Of a DNA stretch of 64,000 nt, positions 40,550 through 48,184 are shown one piece after another. Source of the DNA: Candidatus Levyibacteriota bacterium (lineage in GTDB: Bacteria; Patescibacteriota; Microgenomatia; Levybacterales; UBA12049); the NCBI GenBank assembly GCA_041906785.1, contig JAYRIM010000028.1:121661-185660 (forward strand). The letters run 5' to 3'. Under the pieces are notes generated by a model that saw nothing but the letters and a program-made list of their open reading frames with translations, was not told the DNA's origin and did no database searches. Every line of letters starts with the position of its first letter. Position 1 is the stretch's first letter. The position numbers and the translations under genes are program-made.

Positions 40550-42055
40550 ATGGCTGAGAACATTATGGATAAAATTGTCGCACTTGCAAAACGCCGTGGG
40601 TTTATCTATCCAGGTTCAGATATATATGGTGGTCTGGCTAATACATATGACTATGGACCAATGGGTACTGAGTTACTCCGTAATATAAAAAATCTTTGGT
40701 GGAAAACATTTGTTCATAATAGAGAAGATATAGTAGGTCTTGATGCAAGTGTGATTTCTCATCATCGTATATGGGAAGCGTCTGGACATGCGACAGGGTT
40801 TTCCGATGCACTTGTTGATTGTAAAAAATGTAAAAACAGAAAACGAGCTGATCATCTAATAGAAGAGTGGTTAGAGGAACACAGTAAAGATGTCGATATT
40901 GATGTCATCTTGAGTGGAACGAAGGATCTTATGCAAGATTCTTCGCCAAGGGCTCAGAATGACAAGGCAGTCAAAATAACAAAAGAAGAGTTAGAAAAAG
41001 CTCTTGAACTTAAAAAAGTTGAAGGTTGGTCTGAAGAAAAGATGGATGAGTTTATTAAAAATACTCGTATTCCATGTCCTCAATGTAAAGCAGTTGATTG
41101 GACACCTGTGCGTAGATTTAACCTTCTTTTTCCGGTAAAGCTCGGAATTGTCGAAGGAGAACAAAGTCTGGCTTATCTTCGTGGAGAGACAGCCCAAGGA
41201 ATGTTTGTTGATTTTCGACACGTAGTCGATTCCACTCGTGTTCGTTTACCATTTGGTATCGCACAGTTAGGAAAAAGTTTTAGAAATGAAATAACGTTAG
41301 GTAATTCCGTCTTTAGAACAATAGAGTTTGAACAAGGAGAAATAGAATATTTCTTCGATCCGGAAAAAACACTTTGGGAGAAATTATTTGAAGAATGGAA
41401 GGAACAGATGTGGAATTTCGTTTTGTGGGAACTTGGAATTAATGAGAAAAATGTCAGATGGCGAGTACATACAGATGAAGAACGATCTTTTTATAGTAAA
41501 CGGACAGAAGATCTCGAGTATAATTTTCCTTTCGGATATAAAGAATTATGGGGATTAGCATATCGAACTGATTATGATTTAAAACAGCACATGCAGTTTT
41601 CAGGAAAAGATCTTTCTATCACTGATCCTTATACCCAAAAGAAAGTTATTCCTCATGTTATCGAGCCTGCTGTTGGTATTAACCGTTTGCTTTTGATGGT
41701 GTTATGTGAAGCATATTCTGAGATAGATGACCGGGTAGTGCTAAGTTTGAAACCAAAACTTGCTCCATATAAAGTCGCAGTATTTCCATTACTTGCGAAT
41801 AAAGAAGAATTAGTGAAAAAAGCGAGAGAAATCTACGGTTCTTTAAAGCCTCATATGAATATCGCATGGGATGATAGAGGAAATATTGGTAAAAGGTATT
41901 TATACCAAGATGAGATTGGTACACCATGGTGTGTTACAGTAGATTTTCAAACACTTGAAGATGGAACAGTAACTGTTCGCGATCGCGATACGGCAGAGCA
42001 AGAAAGAGTGAAAGTTGAAGAGCTTACAACACACTTTAATAGCAGGTTAGCATAA
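40550..42055 (+). CDS. glyQS: glycine--tRNA ligase (alpha2 type), with an in-frame palindrome insert
   Basis: YDYGPMG, YLRGETAQG, GKSFRNEI, VIEPAVG, QDEIGTP. Confidence 0.97.
   Translation: MAENIMDKIVALAKRRGFIYPGSDIYGGLANTYDYGPMGTELLRNIKNLWWKTFVHNREDIVGLDASVISHHRIWEASGHATGFSDALVDCKKCKNRKRADHLIEEWLEEHSKDVDIDVILSGTKDLMQDSSPRAQNDKAVKITKEELEKALELKKVEGWSEEKMDEFIKNTRIPCPQCKAVDWTPVRRFNLLFPVKLGIVEGEQSLAYLRGETAQGMFVDFRHVVDSTRVRLPFGIAQLGKSFRNEITLGNSVFRTIEFEQGEIEYFFDPEKTLWEKLFEEWKEQMWNFVLWELGINEKNVRWRVHTDEERSFYSKRTEDLEYNFPFGYKELWGLAYRTDYDLKQHMQFSGKDLSITDPYTQKKVIPHVIEPAVGINRLLLMVLCEAYSEIDDRVVLSLKPKLAPYKVAVFPLLANKEELVKKAREIYGSLKPHMNIAWDDRGNIGKRYLYQDEIGTPWCVTVDFQTLEDGTVTVRDRDTAEQERVKVEELTTHFNSRLA
40904..40963. 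repeat. GTCAT...ATGAC palindromic element, in frame in glyQS (60 bp)
   Basis: GTCATCTTGAGTGGAACGAAGGATC TTATGCAA GATTCTTCGCCAAGGGCTCAGAATGAC. Confidence 0.92.
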
Positions 42056-42225
42056 TGAAAAGTAATTATTTTTTTGAACTTGCAACAGCATTTTGGATTA
42101 ATTTAGCTGCTGGTTATTTTCTAGCAATTGCAATAAGTCCTTCAGTTATAGAAAAAATAAATTCTACTATTTACTGTTTTCTTTGTTTTGGTATAGCATA
42201 TTATTCAAGAGAGCAACAAAAATAA
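42055..42225 (+). CDS. small membrane protein (56 aa), not in the ORF track
   Basis: ATG overlaps the glyQS stop (TAATG); MKSNYFFELATAFWINLAAGYFLAIAISP..., two hydrophobic segments. Confidence 0.6.
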   Translation: MKSNYFFELATAFWINLAAGYFLAIAISPSVIEKINSTIYCFLCFGIAYYSREQQK

Positions 42226-42283
42226 TTTTCGAGTTTGTAGTCTAGATATAATATGGTATAATTTATGTAATTAAAGTTTGTTT

Positions 42284-42394
42284 ATGCAAAATATTTCGGA
42301 AATAATTACTAGTGCACAGATTGCAACAGGTCTTGCAATAATTGCGTTTATACTATTGGTTCTTGCTTTTAAGAAGCATTCGCATCGTAAGTAG
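42284..42394 (+). CDS. single-TM microprotein (36 aa), not in the ORF track
   Basis: MQNISEIITSAQIATGLAIIAFILLVLAFKKHSHRK; TGGTATAAT just upstream. Confidence 0.55.
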   Translation: MQNISEIITSAQIATGLAIIAFILLVLAFKKHSHRK

Positions 42395-42407
42395 AGATAA
42401 GTTTCTT

Positions 42408-43202
42408 CTAGGCAACTTTTCTGTAAAACTGAGATAAAGGAATAGGAGATTGATCTTGGGGAACAACAATTGTTCCAGGTATTATGACACGCATACGTAA
42501 ATCTTCACCTCGAAATTCACCATCTGTATCCAATCCACATCCTTCAAGCCATCCATTCGGGGTATAGTATCCAGGAAATCTAATCGGTTTTTTCAAGAAT
42601 TGTTCCTGTTCCTCATGTTCTGCTCCCCTTTTTATAAATAACACACTTTCTTCTAAATTCGGATACAGTTCAGCAAGTCTCTCTCTAACTGCAAGTATAC
42701 TAAAACCTGTATCAAGTACATCATCTAACGTGATAACTGGCCCTGTTGAAGGTCTTAGTCTTTCTAATTCCTGTTGTATAAAACGAGGTTGTCTGTTCGA
42801 TGTCATTTTATCGTCATAACTTGAGACATGGAGTGAATGATAACTAAAATCTTTAATATCTCTTCGTTGAAGCGCAGAGAATAACCAACCTGCGAAAGGT
42901 AAGCCTCCTTCTAACATAATTAAAAATTTTGCTTTCTGCTTTCGAATCTCAGGAGCCATTTTATCTGCAATTTTGTCTACTTCTTCAAGAACTTGTTCAT
43001 GGGTTAATAAAAGTTCATATTCCACACCATTTTCTACATAGTACATACTTTTTTCAGAATGAGGGTTGGGTTGTGTTCCGGCTCCTTCAGGAATATGCAC
43101 CTTTGGTAATCCATTTGGTGTTAATATGCTGCTTTCGCCATTGGGTCGTAAAACAGTTCGATATCTTTCCGGTGTATAGATTATTCCTTCTTTTATTGCC
43201 AT
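42408..43202 (-). CDS. hpt: hypoxanthine/guanine phosphoribosyltransferase-like protein
   Basis: MLEGG, VSSY loop, LDDVLDTG PRPP motif, GCGLD. Confidence 0.75.
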   Translation of the reverse strand: MAIKEGIIYTPERYRTVLRPNGESSILTPNGLPKVHIPEGAGTQPNPHSEKSMYYVENGVEYELLLTHEQVLEEVDKIADKMAPEIRKQKAKFLIMLEGGLPFAGWLFSALQRRDIKDFSYHSLHVSSYDDKMTSNRQPRFIQQELERLRPSTGPVITLDDVLDTGFSILAVRERLAELYPNLEESVLFIKRGAEHEEQEQFLKKPIRFPGYYTPNGWLEGCGLDTDGEFRGEDLRMRVIIPGTIVVPQDQSPIPLSQFYRKVA

Positions 43203-43228
43203 ATTTTATGTATAAAATTTTGGTGATT

Positions 43229-43258
43229 GGGGGGCCCCGATGTGAAATCGGGACCCCC
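43229..43258 (-). other. GC-rich hairpin at the left edge of the GC-rich cassette
   Basis: Minus strand GGGGGTCCCGAT TTCAC ATCGGGGCCCCC. Confidence 0.6.
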
Positions 43259-43304
43259 TCCGCACCAGTTGACTCGAGTTGAAGGCGTCAGTGAGTGTAG
43301 CTTC

Positions 43305-44300
43305 TTACTGCTGGGACAGCGCTTCCTGGTAGACCTCAGGCCGGTGGATGAGCAACTCCCGGCACGTACAGTTCGTGGGGATAGGAGCTGTCTCAAGCAG
43401 GAGAGCCTCGAATTCCAGAATCCGCCGCGGGAGCTGCTTGACGTAGAGGCTGTCGAGCGTCGTGTTCAGGCCGAACTTGGGGTCGGTTACATCCTGCCCT
43501 TCGCAGTCGTTCGCGACGATGCAATAGTAACCTTCGTCCATACCAAGATGCCTGCACAGGATTGGCGTAACGCTATCACCGTGGAGCATGGCGAAGGGGG
43601 ATCCTTCGCGCTCGGAGATGGTCTGCATCATGTGTCGCCAGACCATAGTTTCGCCTTCGCTCTCGAACGTGCCGCCTGTTGGACTCCGCAAGATTACGCG
43701 GACGTCGCTGGGGCGGTGAACCTTCGGGAAGAACTCGAGGTCCTCTGCCAGGTCTGCCATCCACCCGCTCAGGCTGACGCAGAAGGGATCCTTCATGCGT
43801 GCCAAGTTCGGGAGGACCCCGCCTATCCCAGTGCCGGGGAGATGCCCGGCCATGTTATCGTTCCGATAAAAGGACCATGGGAAGACGATGTCGCCGGGAC
43901 GAATCGCGTCCTGAAGGTTGGCTGGTGAGCGGGGGTCGTTGACCCCATGGGTACCACCGACGAAGAGAACACGAACGCCAGCCTTCCACAGAATCCAGAA
44001 GAGACGCCATTGTCCTTCATGGGGATGCGTGAATCGTTCACCCCGTACCCCGCCGTAGGACGGAATCCAGATGACGTCACGTCCGGATGAGGTGGTGAAC
44101 TGAGTAACCAGCGGGCCGAGGCCGTAAGGCGTGCGCACACGGGCGTTGAAGTTGAGTACCCAGCCCCTCGCCTGGCGGTCGGCGATGACCTGCTCAGGCG
44201 TGACGCCCCAGAGCGGCGAGCCAGTGATGCTCGCCACGGATGCTGACGGTCCATCATAGGCGAAGTTCAGAACAGCGGGATCTTTATATCCTCCCAACAT
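43305..44300 (-). CDS. divergent MTAP/purine nucleoside phosphorylase-family protein
   Basis: TPYG, IRPGDIV, DPFC, GGTFESEGE, IVANDCEG; GGAGG SD 5 nt before ATG 44300. Confidence 0.7.
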   Translation of the reverse strand: MLGGYKDPAVLNFAYDGPSASVASITGSPLWGVTPEQVIADRQARGWVLNFNARVRTPYGLGPLVTQFTTSSGRDVIWIPSYGGVRGERFTHPHEGQWRLFWILWKAGVRVLFVGGTHGVNDPRSPANLQDAIRPGDIVFPWSFYRNDNMAGHLPGTGIGGVLPNLARMKDPFCVSLSGWMADLAEDLEFFPKVHRPSDVRVILRSPTGGTFESEGETMVWRHMMQTISEREGSPFAMLHGDSVTPILCRHLGMDEGYYCIVANDCEGQDVTDPKFGLNTTLDSLYVKQLPRRILEFEALLLETAPIPTNCTCRELLIHRPEVYQEALSQQ

Positions 44301-45147
44301 CGGTGCCTCCATAGATATGTTGCATGATGCGTGCCTCCACTGTGGAAACAACGCGCATGAAACCGAGTGACAGGACTGCGCTGGCGATTGCCAGGTCGAC
44401 GAGCAAGTCCATCCGATACCGTGTAGTGAAGGTGTACAACAACCACCCGAGGCCGCCGCCGGCTGTCAGCCATTCCACGACCACTGCTGAGAGGATTACC
44501 ACACTCGCCGACGTCTTCAAAGCTGCGAAGAGCATCGGCAGCGAATAGTAGATCCGTACATGGCGGAACGTGGCCCATGGCGTGATGCCTGGCAAGGTCT
44601 GGGTATAGTCCATCACGTCCGACTCCACTTGATGCAACCCTGTGAAGAAGTTGATCAAGGTGGGGAAGAACGTTGCCAACGACACGAGCGCGACTCTCAT
44701 CTTCCAGTTAGGGCCGAGGACGAGCATCAGCATCGGGATCAGAACGATAAACGGCACGCTCTTCACCCAGACTGATGTTCGGAGTACGACCGGTTTTAGC
44801 CATGGCACGAATACCATGACGATCGACAGCATGATCGCGATGCTGTTGCCGACCACGAACCCGGATAGAGCATCTAGCAGCGTTAGGCCGATGTTCTGGA
44901 TGATCCAGATACCGTTCGGAATCCGTAATGCCAGATCCTGTTCCCACAGGGCAACGATGACCTTATGGGGAGCAGGGAGTATGAACTGCACATAGTCGGG
45001 GGCGAAGTGAAGGTAGATGTAGACGAGTAGTATCAGCCCCCCGATGTGCAGGATTAGCCCAAGACGTTCGACGAACTGAGTAGCTCCGCGCTTGAGTAAC
45101 GAGAGCCAACCAGTTGGCTGAGGATGATGTTTCAATGCTACTCTCAT
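44284..45147 (-). CDS. ABC transporter permease (SsuC/TauC/ThiX-like)
   Basis: SVPFIVLIP, FFPTLIN, VVVEWLTAGGGLG. Confidence 0.9.
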   Translation of the reverse strand: MRVALKHHPQPTGWLSLLKRGATQFVERLGLILHIGGLILLVYIYLHFAPDYVQFILPAPHKVIVALWEQDLALRIPNGIWIIQNIGLTLLDALSGFVVGNSIAIMLSIVMVFVPWLKPVVLRTSVWVKSVPFIVLIPMLMLVLGPNWKMRVALVSLATFFPTLINFFTGLHQVESDVMDYTQTLPGITPWATFRHVRIYYSLPMLFAALKTSASVVILSAVVVEWLTAGGGLGWLLYTFTTRYRMDLLVDLAIASAVLSLGFMRVVSTVEARIMQHIYGGTDVGRI

Positions 45148-45159
45148 ACGTAGCCCTCC

Positions 45160-46239
45160 TTACTTCAGGTAGTCGAGTGTCATCAGCTCCTGGAGTGTGG
45201 GACGGCGGCGAATCACGTTGTTTGTCATGTAGAAGTCGAGTGCTTCCTCGATCCGCTTGCCGTCCATCCAGAGAAGACCGTTAGACTTGGTAGACTCGCT
45301 AGTCATCATCGGCGCCTGGAGTTGAATACGGCGCCTCAAGATTTGCTCGGTTTCCGAACCACCGAACGCGAGGGCGGTCTTGACGGTGAAGTCCTGGTCG
45401 TTGATCATGCGCTGCATGCCGTTGCGCAGGCCGCGCAAGAAGGCACGCATGACCTGCTTGCCTTCAGGGGTTTCGAGAAACGACCGCTTGGTGAACACGA
45501 TGTCCGCGTAGAACGGTACACCCCACTGGTTATAGCGGAGCGCCTTCCAGGGCAGGCCCTGCTGCTCGAGTGCGAGGGGTTGATTGACAACCCAGTATGA
45601 AGCGAAATCCACCGACTGCGTGAGCAAATCGGCGGGATTTTCGCCTCCGATGCGGACGATGGTGACGTCACGATCATTTACGCCGTTCTTGTGGAGAAGG
45701 GCGATGAGCTGCGCCTCGCTTTGGACACCGACACGCTTGCCGATCAGGTCCTTGGGCGTGAGCTCGCGCGCCCGCTGCTCTGGCGTCAGGTTTTTCTCCA
45801 GAATGACATATCCGAGAGGATGCTCCTGGAGAATCGCACCCGTCATTACGATGGGTACGTTTTCCGCGACCTGCGGCACGATGCCGTCCAGGCTGGCGGT
45901 AACACCGATCTCAGCCTCGCCGGACAGAACGTTGTTAAGAGCGGGAACTTGAGGCCCACCCTCCTTGAACGTGACGGCGAGTCCTTCTTGTTCGAAGTAT
46001 CCGCCTTTGACAGCATTGTACAGGGCGCAGGACTCGCAGTTATGTCGCCAGGGAAGCTGGACGACGAGCGGGCGAAGGGGTTTGGGAGTAGCGGTAGCAG
46101 CAACGGCGACAGTCGGTGCGGCTTTCGGAGCCGCCGTAGTGACGGCCTTAGGTGCGGCCGCCTGAGGAGCGGGCTGCTGGCAGCTGATGAGCAGGCCAGC
46201 AAGGACAAGCAGAACCAAGAGACGTGGAACACGCTGCAT
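45160..46239 (-). CDS. ABC substrate-binding lipoprotein (NMT1/THI5/SsuA-like)
   Basis: Lipobox LISC, Ala/Pro/Thr linker, GYFEQEGL, DLIGKRVG; GGAGG SD before ATG 46239. Confidence 0.9.
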   Translation of the reverse strand: MQRVPRLLVLLVLAGLLISCQQPAPQAAAPKAVTTAAPKAAPTVAVAATATPKPLRPLVVQLPWRHNCESCALYNAVKGGYFEQEGLAVTFKEGGPQVPALNNVLSGEAEIGVTASLDGIVPQVAENVPIVMTGAILQEHPLGYVILEKNLTPEQRARELTPKDLIGKRVGVQSEAQLIALLHKNGVNDRDVTIVRIGGENPADLLTQSVDFASYWVVNQPLALEQQGLPWKALRYNQWGVPFYADIVFTKRSFLETPEGKQVMRAFLRGLRNGMQRMINDQDFTVKTALAFGGSETEQILRRRIQLQAPMMTSESTKSNGLLWMDGKRIEEALDFYMTNNVIRRRPTLQELMTLDYLK

Positions 46240-46401
46240 GGTAATCCTCCAGTGAACTGATGCTTTGAGTTGGTTGAGACATGGTAGACCACATTCAAAT
46301 AATGTGATCTCCACTGTTCCATACTTGTCTTTCCTAAGGACAAGTGAGAAATCTAAGGAACAGCAGAATGAAAAATGCCAAACATTTTAAAGGTTCCAGG
46401 A

Positions 46402-46466
46402 GAGACAAAAGAGCCAAATGGGCCAAAGGTTTAGTACCCTTCTGTCTCTTTTGGCTCCTCGGTCCC
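46402..46466. repeat. inverted nonamer arrays (GAGACAAAA-like)
   Basis: GAGACAAAA GAGCCAAAT GGGCCAAAG ... TTCTGTCTC TTTTGGCTC CTCGGTCCC. Confidence 0.85.
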
Positions 46467-46643
46467 ATTTTTCCCTTATTATCCCTTGACATTCTTTATA
46501 CTGCTGCTCCTTGATAAGTTGAAAAAATAAATAGCCTTCAACTTGTCAAGGTGCGAAAAATAGTTATTTCTGCAAGCGACGTCTTTTCGCGATTGAAAAT
46601 ATGTTGCTTGGAAAAAGAAAAAAAATATTTCTGTCTCTAAACG

Positions 46644-46671
46644 AAAAAACTCCTCGCGTGTGAGGAGTTTT
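46644..46671 (-). terminator. intrinsic terminator-like hairpin
   Basis: AAAACTCCTC-GCGTGT-GAGGAGTTTT; T6 tail on the minus strand. Confidence 0.65.
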
Positions 46672-46786
46672 CAGAATATTGACAGCAAGTAATTATTAAT
46701 AGAAGACAGGGCTCGATGAGATTATTAAAAAGTAAATAAAGCGGTTTAGTAATGACGTTTCTCAACAGCATCACTACTATAGTATT

Positions 46787-46804
46787 ATGTGATTTTTATC
46801 ACAT
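46787..46804. promoter_or_regulatory. palindromic operator TGTGA-N6-TCACA
   Basis: ATGTGATTTTTATCACAT lies in the spacer of a leftward TTGACA promoter (46804-46809). Confidence 0.55.
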
Positions 46805-46859
46805 GTCAATAGGGAATTGTCTAGTTTTTGTCTAGTTTTTGTTTGAAAATTTGAAGCAT

Positions 46860-46887
46860 TTGACAAACAAGTGTAAGTTGTTACAAT
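46860..46887 (+). promoter_or_regulatory. sigma70-type promoter
   Basis: TTGACA-16 nt-TACAAT with an extended TG. Confidence 0.6.
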
Positions 46888-46898
46888 GTAACTAATTG

Positions 46899-47411
46899 AT
46901 GAATAATCAAAAGTTATTTATTGGTTTTGGCATATTGTTAGTTGTACTCCTCCTTGGTGGTGGTTTATTTATTATGTCGTCCGGTAAAAAATCTAGCCAA
47001 TCTCCTACACCTTCTGCTGAGCAATTCATGATAGAAAAACTTTCTCCAGAAGATATTGGTCTAGAATTAATTCCAAAAACGCTTCCAAATGATGGAAAAC
47101 AGATAAAAGTTATAGTGAGTAAAGTTGCTGATATAAAACATTTAGCATATGAAATTACATACGAAGCAGATATTCCGAAAAGTGAATTGCCTCCAGGTGA
47201 GACAGAAGGACGTGTTGAGCGTGGTGTAGGAAATGATGATGTATCGATCAATTCATCTGATAAAAAATACGAATCGAAGTTTTTAGATTTCGGATCTGAG
47301 TCAAAAGGTGTGGTTCGATATGACACAGGAGTAACTGAAGCGAAGATCGTGATGAAAGTCACGAAACGGGACGGAAAAGTCTATCAGGTTGAAGATTCAG
47401 TGAAATTCTAA
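46899..47411 (+). CDS. hypothetical membrane-anchored protein
   Basis: N-terminal TM, S/P linker, FGSESKGVVRYD. Confidence 0.75.
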   Translation: MNNQKLFIGFGILLVVLLLGGGLFIMSSGKKSSQSPTPSAEQFMIEKLSPEDIGLELIPKTLPNDGKQIKVIVSKVADIKHLAYEITYEADIPKSELPPGETEGRVERGVGNDDVSINSSDKKYESKFLDFGSESKGVVRYDTGVTEAKIVMKVTKRDGKVYQVEDSVKF

Positions 47412-47502
47412 TTGTTATATTGCTCTATTGTTATATTGTTAACTTCGCACAAGCGAAGTTTTTTATTTGTTTAGCAATAAAACAATACAACAATATAACA
47501 AT
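47411..47502. repeat. inverted octamer arrays enclosing a terminator hairpin
   Basis: (ATTGTTAT-like)x4, AACTTCGC-ACAA-GCGAAGTT-TTTT, (AACAATAY-like)x4. Confidence 0.85.
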
Positions 47503-47512
47503 TTCTTCTTTG

Positions 47513-47559
47513 TCTCTACATATAGTGTTTTATAGTTTCATGAACTCAATTTTTTGAGA
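47513..47559 (+). promoter_or_regulatory. candidate tandem NrdR boxes
   Basis: TCTCTACATATAGTGT and ACTCAATTTTTTGAGA, 31 bp apart; compared with acaCwAtATaTwGtgt. Confidence 0.45.
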
Positions 47560-47566
47560 ATTCTTC

Positions 47567-47631
47567 TTGACACGACCATTAATTTGTATTGTAATAGAAA
47601 GTACTGGCGATTTCTGGTGATTACTGGTGAT
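47567..47631 (+). promoter_or_regulatory. mraZ promoter and three 10-bp-period MraZ-type boxes
   Basis: TTGACA-17 nt-TGTAAT; TACTGGCGAT TTCTGGTGAT TACTGGTGAT. Confidence 0.7.
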
Positions 47632-47649
47632 TTTTAAAATTGAAAATAT

Positions 47650-48093
47650 ATGTTTCAGGGACAATACCGTGTTAAAATAGGAGAATTTTTTCGAGTTGCG
47701 TTTCCGAGAACATACAGAGATCGACTGGGTGAGAAGATTATTATCACGTACGGGTTTGAGAGTTCACTAATAATCACATCTGAGAGCCAGTGGGATGCGC
47801 TTTACAAAAAGGAAATTGAAGGTAAATCGTTCCTATTCCCAAATGTTCGGGATATAAGAAGATTTTTTCTCGGTGGAATAGCGACAATTGAATTTGATAA
47901 ACAAGGAAGATTTATTATTCCTGAATATTTACGCACATACGGAGAACTAGTAGATCAAAAAGAAGTGACATTCGTATGGCAGAAAGAATACGTGGAACTT
48001 TGGAATTCGAAGAGATGGGCTGAGAAAGAAAAAGAATTATTACGAAATATTAGCGTTATCGCAGAAAAATTATCGGAAACTGATAAGGTTTAA
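47650..48093 (+). CDS. mraZ: transcriptional regulator MraZ
   Basis: MFQGQY, FDKQGRFIIPEYLR, ELW; first gene of the dcw cluster. Confidence 0.9.
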   Translation: MFQGQYRVKIGEFFRVAFPRTYRDRLGEKIIITYGFESSLIITSESQWDALYKKEIEGKSFLFPNVRDIRRFFLGGIATIEFDKQGRFIIPEYLRTYGELVDQKEVTFVWQKEYVELWNSKRWAEKEKELLRNISVIAEKLSETDKV

Positions 48094-48182
48094 TTTCCAG
48101 TTTCGAATTTCCAGTTGCCAATTAATTTGAAATTAATGAATTAATCAATTTACCGGAAATTGGAAAATCGAAATTCGAAACT
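48092..48182. repeat. inverted heptamer arrays (AATTTCC-like / GGAAATT-like)
   Basis: AATTTCC AGTTTCG AATTTCC AGTTGCC ... GGAAATT GGAAAAT CGAAATT CGAAACT. Confidence 0.85.
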
Positions 48183-48184
48183 AA

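Larger units (their letters stand above)
43229..46260 (-). mobile_element. GC-rich horizontally acquired cassette (no mobility gene seen)
   Basis: Abrupt GC rise (about 60% by eye versus about 30-35% in the flanks); GGAGG SD before each of the three genes. Confidence 0.75.

Noticed and set aside
43227-46343. Many long overlapping ORFs in the GC-rich cassette (e.g. 43227..43928 +, 45691..46260 +)
   Set aside because: Shadow ORFs expected at high GC; they overlap or oppose genes with clear family motifs and SD sites.
46250-46400. TPP or purine riboswitch upstream of the THI5-like gene
   Set aside because: The conserved cores (CUGAGA for TPP; UUUCUACC/CCGUAAA for purine) were not found; kept only as an unknown structured leader.
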